A DNA stretch of 63,706 nt, filler included, from Octopus bimaculoides (Eukaryota): NCBI RefSeq assembly GCF_001194135.2. It is 4 parts of 4 records of this genome, joined end to end, with 100 filler letters (N's around TTAATTAATTAA, not from the genome) between each part and the next. Parts side by side here need not be neighbours in the genome. Positions count along the whole stretch, not along the records: positions 28,814 to 41,183 come from NC_069004.1; positions 41,284 to 61,860 come from NC_068987.1; 2 more parts are not named here. One strand, 5' to 3'. Below the pieces are notes generated by a model, which was given only the letters and a program-made list of their open reading frames with translations, did no database searches and was not told where the DNA came from. This document shows, piece after piece, positions 38,046-50,176 of the stretch. A program made the translations under genes and the position numbers. How positions within the stretch are numbered: position 1 is the first letter of the stretch; each line of letters begins with the position of its first letter.

Positions 38046-39518
38046 TACACATACACACACAAACGCACGTAAATCCATTCTGTTACTGTGTGTGCGTTTT
38101 GTGTGTGTGTGTGTGTGTGTGTGTTTCTCTATTTATAGACATATACATGTATTGATTAATGAACTCGACAGTCTCTTCATAATCATGTACATCTTTTCTT
38201 TGTGCCTCACTTTCTCGCGACTTCTCTTTGTTCAGAATCGCGTATGTGTACATGTGTGCCTGTATACATACATACATACATTATATATNNNNNNNNNNNN
38301 NNNNNNNNNNNNNNNNNNNNNNNNNNNNNNNNNNNNNNNNNNNNNNNNNNNNNNTTTTTATTTTCGTTGCTGTTTGTGAATGCATGCATTGCCAGTGGGG
38401 GATGATTTCCCGCGATGCTCTATTACACCAGTAATTATCTCCCCCTTGTCTTCCACTACTAACACCAGGGGTTTCGCTCGCGGTCAGATGTGGTCGGTCC
38501 AAATCAAGTTATCAGAATTAAGACGACAAAAACGACGACGAAACGAAGGAGACAACGACAACAATATCCCCCCCCCCATCCCACTCCTCCTCTTCTCGCC
38601 TCCGCCTCCGCACTGTGTCTCTTGCGACACGGTGGCACACACACACGAGACCTGCTTAAGTCTATTATCTTAAACTTAACACCATCCTACATTCACAGAT
38701 GCTCCTAAGGAGGGATTATTCATTCTCGTTTCACATTCACTCACCCATACCATTAATTCTGCTACGATTGTAGAATAACGAATTCGGTTCCTAGATTTTT
38801 AGCTCACAGACTCAATGTAAAAATGGATTTAGATTTGGTTCTAATTCATGGCTGATAAGAGGCCTTTTTGTTTGTTTCTTTCAGTTCAATCTTCGTTTTA
38901 TTTATTTGTTTGTTTTCGGAGCTTTCCTTGTTTAAGGATCCTCCACTAGTTTCTGATTGGCAATCAACATTTTGTTGTTATTTAATTCTTTTATATGTTC
39001 TTTTTCGTTTGTGTTTTAGTGTTATTGTTTTTGGTGATGGTGGTGGTGGTGGTGGTGCAGGTGGAAGTCATGGTGGTGGCGATGGTGGCTGCCGTGTTGA
39101 TGTTGATGGAGGCGAAAGTAATGTTGCTCCCTTCAGCGATAGACATTAATTTGTTGAACTGGTTATTTACCTAACTAAAAACAGTTTTTCTAACAGCCCC
39201 TGCAGATACGTATACAGTCGCACACATTAGAAACAAACGTGTACACAATCATTCATAAATATACATACATGCATAGAAAACTGTTATATAGACGGTTATA
39301 CATACAGCCAACCGTACAAATAAAAGCATGGCCAGATGGTTAGGAAACTTGTTTTGCAATTATAAATTCGCAAGATCGATTCCACTGCATCACATCTCGA
39401 GCGAATGTGACGACAACGAGGCGTCGCACTCAGGACCACGTGATTCTGAAGCGAAAATCATAATCCTACTAATCCTCAAAATCTCACACGTGAGAGGATA
39501 TATAACCCTGACCCTAAC

Positions 39519-39564
39519 AAAACTGTCCGATAAACGGGAACGTGAAACTCAGAGTAACGGTTTT
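39519..39564 (+). ncRNA. Degenerate hammerhead-like motif, family 2 (copy A)
   Basis: AAAACUGU-CCGAUAA-ACG GGAA CGU-GAAACUC A GAGUA/ACGGUUUU; the core deviates at U4 and G8. Confidence 0.4.
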
Positions 39565-39605
39565 TTTTGTTATATTTCTGCTGCTTTTAAATAAAGTATA
39601 TATAT

Positions 39606-39661
<56 letters not shown>

Positions 39662-39740
39662 ATGCCAGAGTAAGCACGTAAATATGAAACAAAGTGGAAA
39701 AAACAGTACTCGAATACCGAAAGTAGAGTAATATGCATTA

Positions 39741-39899
39741 TTAATAAAGCTGCAAAGACCTCACAAAAATTGTTACTCAGAGTTTCATGTTTTTGCTCGT
39801 CGTCATGTTTGGTTGAGAATTCTCAACCAAAACTTCCGACGAACAGGAACGTGAAACTCTGAGTAACAGTTTTTGTGAGGTCTTTGCACTTTTAGTAAT
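39741..39899. repeat. Palindrome centred on GAATTC (39817-39822), made of two head-to-head family-2 hammerhead-bearing units
   Basis: Arms gcaaagacctcacaaaaattgttactcagagtttca.../...tgaaactctgagtaacagtttttgtgaggtctttgc. Confidence 0.8.
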
Positions 39900-40234
39900 A
39901 AAGAGTGTATGTATATAATATATATATATATACATATATATATATACTCATATCCATGAATGCCACATGATCTTCTGACATAACTGCCTTTGTTATATAG
40001 CATTTTTCATATACCATGAAGCTCATGGACAAAAACAAAAGGGCCAACGCAACAGGGAAATTTTCAGCAAATATCAAAATATTTGAACGTCCAGAAGGGA
40101 AGAAAGAGTCTTAAAATTTTGGACATTAACCCTTTAACAGAGGAAAAGCATAAAAAACGTAAAGGAAGTGAGGATAAAAGGACATCGGTGGCGATTTTTT
40201 CTTCCTCCGTTTTTCTCTTCTTTGGACTTTCCTT

Positions 40235-40269
40235 GTTTCCGACGAAGAGCTCCGCTCGAAACGTCATAC
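40235..40269 (+). ncRNA. Minimal hammerhead-like motif, family 3
   Basis: GUUU-CCGACGA-A-GAGC UCC GCUC-GAAAC-GUC/AUAC; U4>C and one helix I mismatch. Confidence 0.5.
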
Positions 40270-40839
40270 TCTCTCTCTTTCCTTTCCCGAGCGTCTAGTA
40301 ATACTATCTATATCACGTCCTCACGTTGTTGTTATTGCTTTTTGTTTTTTCCTTTTTTTGAACCTATANNNNNNNNNNNNNNNNNNNNNNNNNNNNNNNN
40401 NNNNNNNNNNNNNNNNNNNNNNNNNNNNNNNNNNNNNNNNNNNNNNNNNNNNNNNNNNTATATATATATATATGCATATAGATATGGTGTGGGGGTGTGC
40501 TTAGTAAATAGCACGAAGAAGGTTTAACGATCTTTTACTGGGAGGACATAATTTCCTTGCCTTGTTTTCTCTGGAAATAAGTTCTATTTCGCCTTAACTT
40601 TATATTTCCTCCTTCGCATGCAGATGGTATATATATGCATACATACGCGCGTGTGCGTATGCATATATGTGTGTTTATATATGTATGTATGGTTGTACCC
40701 GAGAGAATGCTATTGAGATAAACAGAAACATAGGTAGAAACATAGTTAGATGGATAAATATTTCTACTTAGATAAATTTATATCTGCAGATCCATATATA
40801 TCTGTCTATATCTCTTTGTACTTGTTGCATCTATCTATC

Positions 40840-40892
<53 letters not shown>

Positions 40893-41110
40893 TCTATGTC
40901 TTCATTCAGCTAGTCTTTGTCTAACTATCGTTGAATATAGTCCAACTTAATATGGTGATTGACATGAGAAAATTATTAATATAGAAAATGGTTTGCAAAG
41001 AATTACTGTTGCACTTATTGAAACATATTCCGTGTTCTCGACGCCAGTCAAAGAACAGAGAGAAAAAGCTTTTACTGAAATTGAATGCAGGACATAGATA
41101 TATATATATA

Positions 41111-41183
<73 letters not shown>

Positions 41184-42117
41184 NNNNNNNNNNNNNNNNN
41201 NNNNNNNNNNNNNNNNNNNNNNNNNNNTTAATTAATTAANNNNNNNNNNNNNNNNNNNNNNNNNNNNNNNNNNNNNNNNNNNNATATATACACATATATG
41301 CATGCACATACGCACATACACATTTATATATACATGCATTCACACAAACACACGTATATATGCGCACACCAATTGAAATTCGAACCGTGTGAGAACAAAC
41401 AAACGACGTCACATCTTTAGTCTTTTATTCTCGATGTCTTTCACATTATAAACATATTCACCCGTGCAACTATTCAGTCATTCACCTTCACTTCTAACAC
41501 ATTCATTCCTTTATTCCCTTATTTCCTTAATTCAATCTTCCTCTCGTTCTTGTTTTGTATTTTAAATTTCTATCGATCTGTAGAGATTTAAAAAAAAAAA
41601 AAATTCTTCAATTCTCTTTTCGTTTCCTTCTTAGTATAATAGTCAACTGTCATAGAATACACACTTACTTATCACCGCTTACACTTAACATTCTTAATTC
41701 AGCCAGGATTAATAAGAAGAAAAACAAAAATACGAACAAACACGCCACAAATCATCTGCTGCGTGAAAGGTAGCTTATTCGAAAATCCTATTTTTCCCCT
41801 CAAAAATCGTATGGAAAACTACGGGAGTCTCATAAAATACTCTTCCAACCAGCGTGAAAGCCTCTAAATGGTTGCTTAACCTGCTAGAAATATCAGCTAA
41901 ATATCGCTCAAATTACACGTTACTTACTATATTTCTGTTGAAATACAGTCTTTGTTTCAATAGATTTCGAAAATAGTAAAGAATTTTTCTTTTATTTTCT
42001 ACTTGTTTCACCCATTAGACTGCACCGCCTTCAAGAATATTTTAGTCAAACGAATCGAACCCAGAGATCTAGCCTTTTTCATTTGCAAATTACATATTTT
42101 TTAAAAAACAACAAAAA

Positions 42118-42455
42118 GACCAGACTTAATCCTATGGAACACAGAACGAAAAATTGGAATTTTGCTAGAGCTGACAGTGCCATGGGAAGAGATCATCGCT
42201 AATGCAGAGCAACGGAAGGAGAAGAGGTATGAGAGATTAATCGAAGAGTGCGGAGAACGGATGGACTGTCGAGTATTACCATCTGGCAGTAGGGGCTAGA
42301 GGTTTCACTGAAAGGAAAATTGCAACGTTATATAAAAGAAAGTTTGCATTTTCGAGCTCAGAGCTGAGAAAAGTAATAAGGAGGATACAGGAGGTAGTCA
42401 ACAAAGCCAGGTTCTATTTATGACTGAAACCCGAAGACCCAAAATGGCTTGAAAG
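42118..42455 (+). mobile_element. HERO-like RLE non-LTR retrotransposon endonuclease fragment
   Basis: RPDLILWNTERKIGILLELTVPWEE..NAEQRKEKRYERLIEEC / GWTVEYYHLAVGARGF (frameshifted) fits the PD..E..K RLE pattern. Confidence 0.8.
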
Positions 42456-42659
42456 CCGTAACATGCCGACTGGGAAATATCGTCGCTAGGTGAGGCTGGC
42501 TGACAACGTCGATTTAATGGAGGGAGTGAGAAAACATGCAGCGCATACATCTGATAACTATAAACACATCATTTATGCAGATTGTACTGCAAGAAATTGC
42601 AGAACTGTTCTTCCTGGACGACGAGAGACTACCACCGTCCACCCTCATATGCAAATATA

Positions 42660-43260
42660 ATCCTTTCTATTATAGGCACTAGGCCTGAAATTGGGGGAGG
42701 GGGATAGTCGATTACATCGACCCCAGTACTCAACTGGTACTTAATTTATCGATCCCGAAAGGATGAAAGGCAAAGTCGACCTCGGCAGAATTTGAACTCA
42801 GAACGTAAAGACAGATGAAATACCGCTAAGCATTTCGCCCGGCGTGCTAACGTTTATTTCTTTACTGCTCACAGGGGGCTACACACAGAGGGGACAAACA
42901 AGGACAGACAAACGGATTAAGTCGATTATATCGACACCAGTGTGTAACTGGTACTTATTTAATCGACCCTAAAAGGATGAAAGGCAAAGTCGACCTCGGT
43001 GCAATTTGAACTCAAAATGTAACGAACCAAAAGAAATACCACCAAGCATTTTGTCCGATGCTGTTACGAATGTACCAGTTCACCAGCTTTAGGTTACATT
43101 AAAATATCAAAGTTGTATTATAAACCTGTCCAACAAATCTTACGACACTGAAAGGATGAAAGGCAAAGTTGATCTTCACTGGATTTGAACTCAGCACGTA
43201 AAGAGCTAGAACAAATATTGCAAAGCAGTTTGTTCGACGCCCTCACGATTCTGCCCAGCT
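42660..43260 (-). mobile_element. Cluster of three family A SINE copies
   Basis: Repeated gaaaggatgaaaggcaaagtcgacctcggc..gaatttgaactc. Confidence 0.85.
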
Positions 43261-43323
43261 ACCATCCTGTTGGTAGAGCGTGCGATTTTGAGTGAAATTT
43301 AGGTTAAATTTGGTTAGCTTTAC

Positions 43324-43419
43324 CTTCCATCATTTCGGTGCTGTTAAAATACTAGTCAAATAATGGGGACGATGGTAGCACCGATATAAGCAAATCAGTG
43401 GATCTAGCAAATCGAATAA
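43324..43419 (-). other. Exon-like segment with strong splice sites, closed in all frames except a terminal ATGATGGAAG (possible 5' UTR/start exon)
   Basis: gtttttatgcag|...GATGGAAG|gtaaag. Confidence 0.25.
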
Positions 43420-43934
43420 CTGCATAAAAACTTTCTTATTGGTTCGTGTCTTCGTCTTGTCTAAAGTAGAGATCTTCAAGTGCATTTTGGCTGCCCCCCG
43501 GCAGATATTAGAATTAAGATAATGAGAACATTCATGCGTACGTAATGACAACACGAAAGTAATTTTAGCTCCCAAATTATGCAATCACACTGGGACACTT
43601 AAATTCATTGACAACATAATTAAGCAACATGTTTGAAGTGTTGGGCTTCGCAATACTGGAGCAAAATCGATTCGTTTAGAACTATTATAAGCCCAATATT
43701 TCGATGAGACCGTCAAAAGATGTAAGACTTATTGTCTGACAATTACAACAAAAAAAGATTAGATAAGAAATAACGAACAAAACACAAAACAGAAAAAACC
43801 CCATCTCATGATACAATTACATACGGCATCTGTCTATCTATCAATGTTTTTCTTTTCTATTTTTACTTTCGTTGTATTTTGTAGACAATAATATTGAATT
43901 GAATGGCATTAATTGCAGAATTACGCACACAAAT

Positions 43935-44017
<83 letters not shown>

Positions 44018-44063
44018 CCTATGTGCATATGCATCTCTCTCTCTCTCTTCTCTCTCTCTCTCT

Positions 44064-44099
<36 letters not shown>

Positions 44100-44994
44100 T
44101 ATACACATCTATATTTATCTATCTATCTATGGACATATATGTATTTATGCACATATATACATAAACCTATACCTACATACATATACACACATTTAATACA
44201 GTATAAGAGACTCACATACATACATACATGTATACATACATACATACATACATACATACAATACATACATACATACATACATGCATGTATGCATGCGTAC
44301 ATACATACACTCATCCTCACCGCACACATACACGTGTACGCATATGTGTGAATGTATAACATGACATACCGTATATAGAACAGCATCATAACGTAGACAG
44401 GCAAAAAAGCCTCAGATCTATTTGTGACAACAACGGAGAAAAGGGCAGCATCTACGACCCTCTTTGCAAGACTAACATTAACAAACAGACCAGAGACCTG
44501 ACCCAAATGCCTTAAGGCTCCACTAAAAATAGCCAAAGATGTATTGGTGTTAAACCGAAGAATATATTAACTCTGCCAACCATGAAACCTCCCAAAGTTT
44601 TCATTGTGGTGCGTCTACATATATTTTAGTCTACTAAACTTAATTAGCAATGCTTCTTTTTTTATCTTTTCGAGGCTATGTTAGAAGATATTTGCCTAAG
44701 GTGCTGCATAGTGGGATCGAACAGAACACCATGTATTTGATAAGCAACCTTCTTAACCATGCTGCCATTCACGTGTGGTTTAACTATGTATATGATGACT
44801 CCAGTATCATAATTGACGTAAAATGAAAGCAGACGTCTGCATGTGGTTACCAAGGTTACGTCAGATTATGATTCGTTTTATGTAAATACATGAGTGCGTT
44901 TGTGAAGGCAGACGATATTAACCCAGTCAACAACATCAGCAGAACGCTATCATCCTTCTGCTGCTGCCCCCTCATCACCACCAACAACAGCACC

Positions 44995-45048
<54 letters not shown>

Positions 45049-45660
45049 GACGACAACAACGACACCTACACGAACAACCATTGTCCCTGTAACTATCACA
45101 ATCATTAACATCACTGCTAACAGTATTTGAACTCAGAACGTAAAGACAGGCAAAATNNNNNNNNNNNNNNNNNNNNNNNNNNNNNNNNNNNNNNNNNNNN
45201 NNNNNNNNNNNNNNNNNNNNNNNNNNNNNNNNNNNNNNNNNNNNNNNNNNNNNNNNNNNNNNNNNNNNNNNNNNNNNNNNNNNNNNNNNNNNNNNNNNNN
45301 NNNNNNNNNNNNNNNNNNNNNNNNNNNNNNNNNNNNNNNNNNNNNNNNNNNNNNNNNNNNNNNNNNNNNNNNNNNNNNNNNNNNNNNNNNNNNNNNNNNN
45401 NNNNNNNNNNNNNNNNNNNNNNNNNNNNNNNNNNNNNNNNNNNNNNNNNNNNNNNNNNNNNNNNNNNNNNNNNNNNNNNNNNNNNNNNNNNNNNNNNNNN
45501 NNNNNNNNNNNNNNNNNNNNNNNNNNNNNNNNNNNNNNNNNNNNNNNNNNNNNNNNNNNNNNNNNNNNNNNGGGGTTTTCGCTCAAAAACACACACAAGG
45601 CCCGGTCTGGGAATCGAAACCACGATCCTCCGACCGCGTGTCCGCTGCCCTAACCACCAC

Positions 45661-45719
<59 letters not shown>

Positions 45720-45798
45720 CCGCAATAGCAGCAACAGCAACAATAATAACTGCATCAACAACAACAACGACGACGACGACAACGGCAGCAACAACAAT

Positions 45799-45838
<40 letters not shown>

Positions 45839-46714
45839 AGAACAACAACAACAACAACAGCAAAAATAGCTACATCACCTCCGCCATCGTCCCTACTTCT
45901 AAAACTCTTACAACCACAATGACAAAGTACAATACGAACAACTACAAGAACATCAACAAGTAATATCGAATAATTGCATACGCTGGCATAATAATCTGAA
46001 ATTATCGATTTTCGATTGATTAGCTACAAATCCAATTTCACTATTTTTTTTTGTGTCTTTGTTGGGAAAGAGTATTTTTTTTTTTCGTTCCTGGAAGAAA
46101 ATGAAAGCTAAAGAAGCGTTTCAACTCGACCTGATATTAACCCTAACTCATCTCTGAAAATCTGTTCTTTGGATCCGTTTGTGGTGCATTTTTAGCAATA
46201 ATATCCATTAATAAGCCATCATCAATAGTTGTTGTTGTTGAACTCCAGGTCACATGATCAGTGAAGACCAATGGTCAAAGGTTTACCAGTCATGAACTTC
46301 TCGTCACATTTTTTTTTCAGACTCATCCTCCATTTCTTTTTATTGAGACGGTCTATCGTAAAATGAATGAAATTTAGCTGCTATTTATAGTAAGTCGAAC
46401 GATTATGTAAAGGTTCTTTAGTTTGCACATTTAATTACTTAATTGCAGTAAAGCTTCAAGTGAAGCGGGTCTAGGTTGTTGAACTGGGCAAAACAGGTTC
46501 TTTTTAGGGCCAGAATAACGAAGTAGACATTGCAAGATCTTGGCTCAATCATGGCCGCGTGGTAAAGAAGTTTGCTTACCAATTTGGCAGTCCTTGGTTC
46601 GATCCTTCTTCGCGAATACCTTGGACAGGTGTTTTCTAACATCATTCAACCTAAACACTGTGAATGAAATTTGAAAGATATATTTAGTATTCATTCTTTC
46701 TTTTATTCTTTTAT

Positions 46715-46903
46715 TTGTTTCAGTCATTTGACTGTGGCCATGCTGGAGCACCACCTTTAGTCGAGCAAATCGATCCCAGGACTTATTCTTTATAAGCCTA
46801 GTACTTATTCTATCGGTCTCTCTTACCGAACCGCTAAGTGACGGGGACGTAACCACACCACCATCGGTTGTCAAGCGATATTAGGGGGACAAACACAGAC
46901 ACA

Positions 46904-46915
<12 letters not shown>
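46715..46915 (-). mobile_element. Family B SINE 3' part
   Basis: tttcagtcatttgactgtggccatgctggagcacc...aaccgctaagtgacggggacgt. Confidence 0.8.
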
Positions 46916-46935
<20 letters not shown>

Positions 46936-47349
46936 NNNNNNNNNNNNNNNNNNNNNNNNNNNNNNNNNNNNNNNNNNNNNNNNNNNNNNNNNNNNNNNNN
47001 NNNNNNNNNNNNNNNNNNNNNNNNNNNNNNNNNNNNNNNNNNNNNNNNNNNNNNNNNNNNNNNNNNNNNNNNNNNNNNNNNNNNNNNNNNNNNNNNNNNN
47101 NNNNNNNNNNNNNNNNNNNNNNNNNNNNNNNNNNNNNNNNNNNNNNNNNNNNNNNNNNNNNNNNNNNNNNNNNNNNNNNNNNNNNNNNNNNNNNNNNNNN
47201 NNNNNNNNNNNNNNNNTTTAGTATTGCAAGGTTTATAGTGTCTATTTGTATTATCATAATTCCTTCAGGAAGTTTTGTATAAAGTTCTGTGAAGATTTCT
47301 GCTGTAGGAATATTTTAAATTCTAGATGTTAATTGTTCGTTCGCAGCAT

Positions 47350-48526
47350 TTATTGCCACTAAGAGTAATTTGTTTTGCCATATTTTTTCGGGACTGGAGA
47401 GGAGGGATGATTTTCCTGGGCTGGGCGGAGGGGATGTACAGGGGGGGGGAGGATATCGGGACTGGAAGATGGGGATTGGAAAGGTGAAATATCAGGGCTT
47501 CAGAGGAGGTTATCAGGGTTGGAAGGAGGGGATATTGGTGTTTTTTTGGGGAATAGTGGTGGGGAGGGGTAGTTTGAGTTTTGTGTGTGTCTGTTGAGGG
47601 AGCTTTTTTCTTGTTCGAGCTGGATGTTGAGGGGGTGAGATTGGGTTCTTCCTTTTGGTTAGTTTCTTCCTTTTTACCGTAGACCATCCGTCTTCACTCC
47701 CAACTGGTTGAGTGTCTTCATTGCTGGGAGCCTGCTGGTCAGCCTTCTGTGTCTCTGTCTCTTCTGCATCCTTTTTTTGGGCCGTCTCCACCTTACAGGT
47801 AAGACAGTTTGCCCGAATGTGGCCTTTCTCTCCACATTCGAAGCACCGGGGTCTTCTCCCCTCAATCTTTACCCGTAAGGTGGTTTCTTCTCCGAGGAGT
47901 ATGTTTTCTACGATTATTTCCAGGGTCTGAGGCGCCGCTTGGATAATGACCTCGAGGCCTTGCCCCTTCCAGTTCTACTGGTGTATTTTTGAGGCCTCTA
48001 ATATCGTTATTTCTTCTTCTAACCCTATTAGCAGGGCTGGGAGTAGCCATGATACGTTTATTTCTGTCGGGATCTCTTCTATCGTGATCTTTGACATGCG
48101 CCTGCCTAAGTATGTTGGCAGCAACACAATGTCCGTGGTTTTCAAAGGTTGTACTAAGTGTATTTTTGCTTTGTCTTCCCTTTTGAAATACACTACTACC
48201 GTAGCAAAGCGTTTGCCTCTGGTTAGGTATTCTATGTCCTGCCAGATCGGCTGTAGGCATTTTTCTATAGCTTCTTTTGGTGCTTTGTCTAGTTTCTTTT
48301 CCTTTACAACAAGTGTTTTAAATACGACTATTTTTCCGTGGTTTCTTCTATAATTTCACTCGGGAGGGTGGCTTTTACGTCGTATCCCTCCTTTGCAAAC
48401 ATGTTATGGCGCTGCATTAGTACATTTTTGTCAATACATAGTTTTTCTTTTTTCACTCCAGCCGCAGCTGCAAAATTAAACTTTTTTTGCCGGTTCGACA
48501 AGTTTTTCTGCCGTCGGCATACTTAA
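47350..48526 (-). mobile_element. Degenerate gag-like ORF1 (single CCHC zinc knuckle) of a non-LTR retrotransposon, possibly L1/Tx1-like
   Basis: MPTAEKL...LRVKIEGRRPRCFECGEKGHIRANC...DGWSTVKRKK, with at least two stops and a frameshift; no RT seen before the gap at 46937-47217. Confidence 0.8.
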
Positions 48527-49477
48527 TATTTCACAGTTCTTTTCACAGTTTTTTTCCTCTACAGAGGAAATATTCATTTTTAACAAACTAAATTGCTGAA
48601 AAACAACCACAAAAAAAAAATGATAATTCCTCTCCTCACAGAAGGGGAATAAAAGTTCACTCCGTCTGCCACACGCAGAACGGTATTAAACACAACAATG
48701 GAAGAATTCAGCAACAACAATTTCAACACTAACCTTCAAGCAAAGAATACACCACAGAATTAATCACACGTAACAAAACCGCTAAACATTTCGTCCGGCA
48801 CGCTAACGTTTCTGCCAGCTCACCGCCTATTACTTAAATATAATGCCAGATGATCAAAGTTTCTCAACTCAGTATATTAACTAACTGACATCTAGAATAT
48901 TTGTAATTAATATAAAGAGGTGCTTTCGTTTAGCTGTTTTATTAATATCCTGCTTGACGCATAAATGTGTGTCGGCCTTGTATCAATGTAAGAAATTATT
49001 AATATTTTCAATTATTTTATTCTGTTTATTTGTTTCATGCACTTTAAGTTTTATTAAATTTTTTTCTTTATTCTTTCATTGAATTCAGTTTATATTTATT
49101 TCACAATTTCAATTTTTTTAGAATATATTTTCTCCTCTACAATTATTTTGCATTTGATCATTGTATTTTCAATTTTTTCATTTTAAACAAAATAATATCG
49201 ACCTGTTATGTTTATTTATGCATTTGATGAATTAAAAAAGTAATTTTTAAATTAATTTGATGAATTCAATCTTTTTCCAAAATAAATCAATTTCATTTTT
49301 TTTTACAAATTTTATAAGCTAACTCTATACTGATTTCATATATTCGTTTCATACTAAATATATACTCATACAATGCTAATTATATATACTCATGCAATAC
49401 TAATTACATATTTTCATTATATATACTCATTTCATACTAATTATATATACTCATATCACGCAAATTATATATACTCA

Positions 49478-49810
49478 CAGGCGTGACTGTGTGGTAAGAA
49501 GCGTGCTTTCCAACCGCATGGTTCCGGGTTCAGTCCTGCTGCGTGGTACCTTGGGAAAGTGTCTTCTACTATAGTCTCGGACCGACCAAAACCTTGTGAG
49601 TAGATTTGGTTGACAGAAACTGAAAGAAACCCATCGTATATATATATATAGATATGTGTGTGTGTTAGCGTCCCCGTAGCATAGCAGTTCGGCTAAAGAA
49701 ACCGATAGAATAAGTACCAAGCTCAGCAAAATAAGCCCTGGAGTTGATTTGTTCGACTAAATCCTTTCAGGGTAGTGTCCCAGCATGACTGCAGTCAGTT
49801 GACTGAAAAA
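49478..49810 (+). mobile_element. Family B SINE, full length, inserted in an AT-rich minisatellite
   Basis: ggcgtgactgtgtggtaagaagc...gggttcagtcc (B-box-like)...gactgaaa. Confidence 0.85.
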
Positions 49811-49927
49811 GATATATAAATTATATATATAAATTATATATATACTCATTTAATAATTATTTCAGACTAATTTTATGTATTCATTATATATACTGACAAG
49901 TAATATTCATAGCTACTTCGACGGACA

Positions 49928-50176
49928 AATTTTTTAACCTCTTGCTGGTTAACAATGCAGAGCCGCCGCATCCGATAAATTGCGAGCAAGGGAGCGAAAC
50001 CCTACCACCTTCTAGCGACGGGACCAGTAGACCAGTCCTGGTTTCAGGATATTTCTGCTACTCTTTCTCCCGTCGCTTGAAGGTGGTAGGGGTTCGATCC
50101 CCAGCTCGCAATTTATCGGATGCAACTCTGCATCGTTAACCAGCTAAAGGAGATGTCCTCTTGGGGTTAAAAAATT
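49928..50176. mobile_element. GC-richer palindromic MITE-like element, ~100-bp arms
   Basis: aattttttaacc...gcatccgataaattgcgagc...ctaccaccttctagcgacggga / tcccgtcgcttgaaggtggtag...gctcgcaatttatcggatgc...ggttaaaaaatt. Confidence 0.8.
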
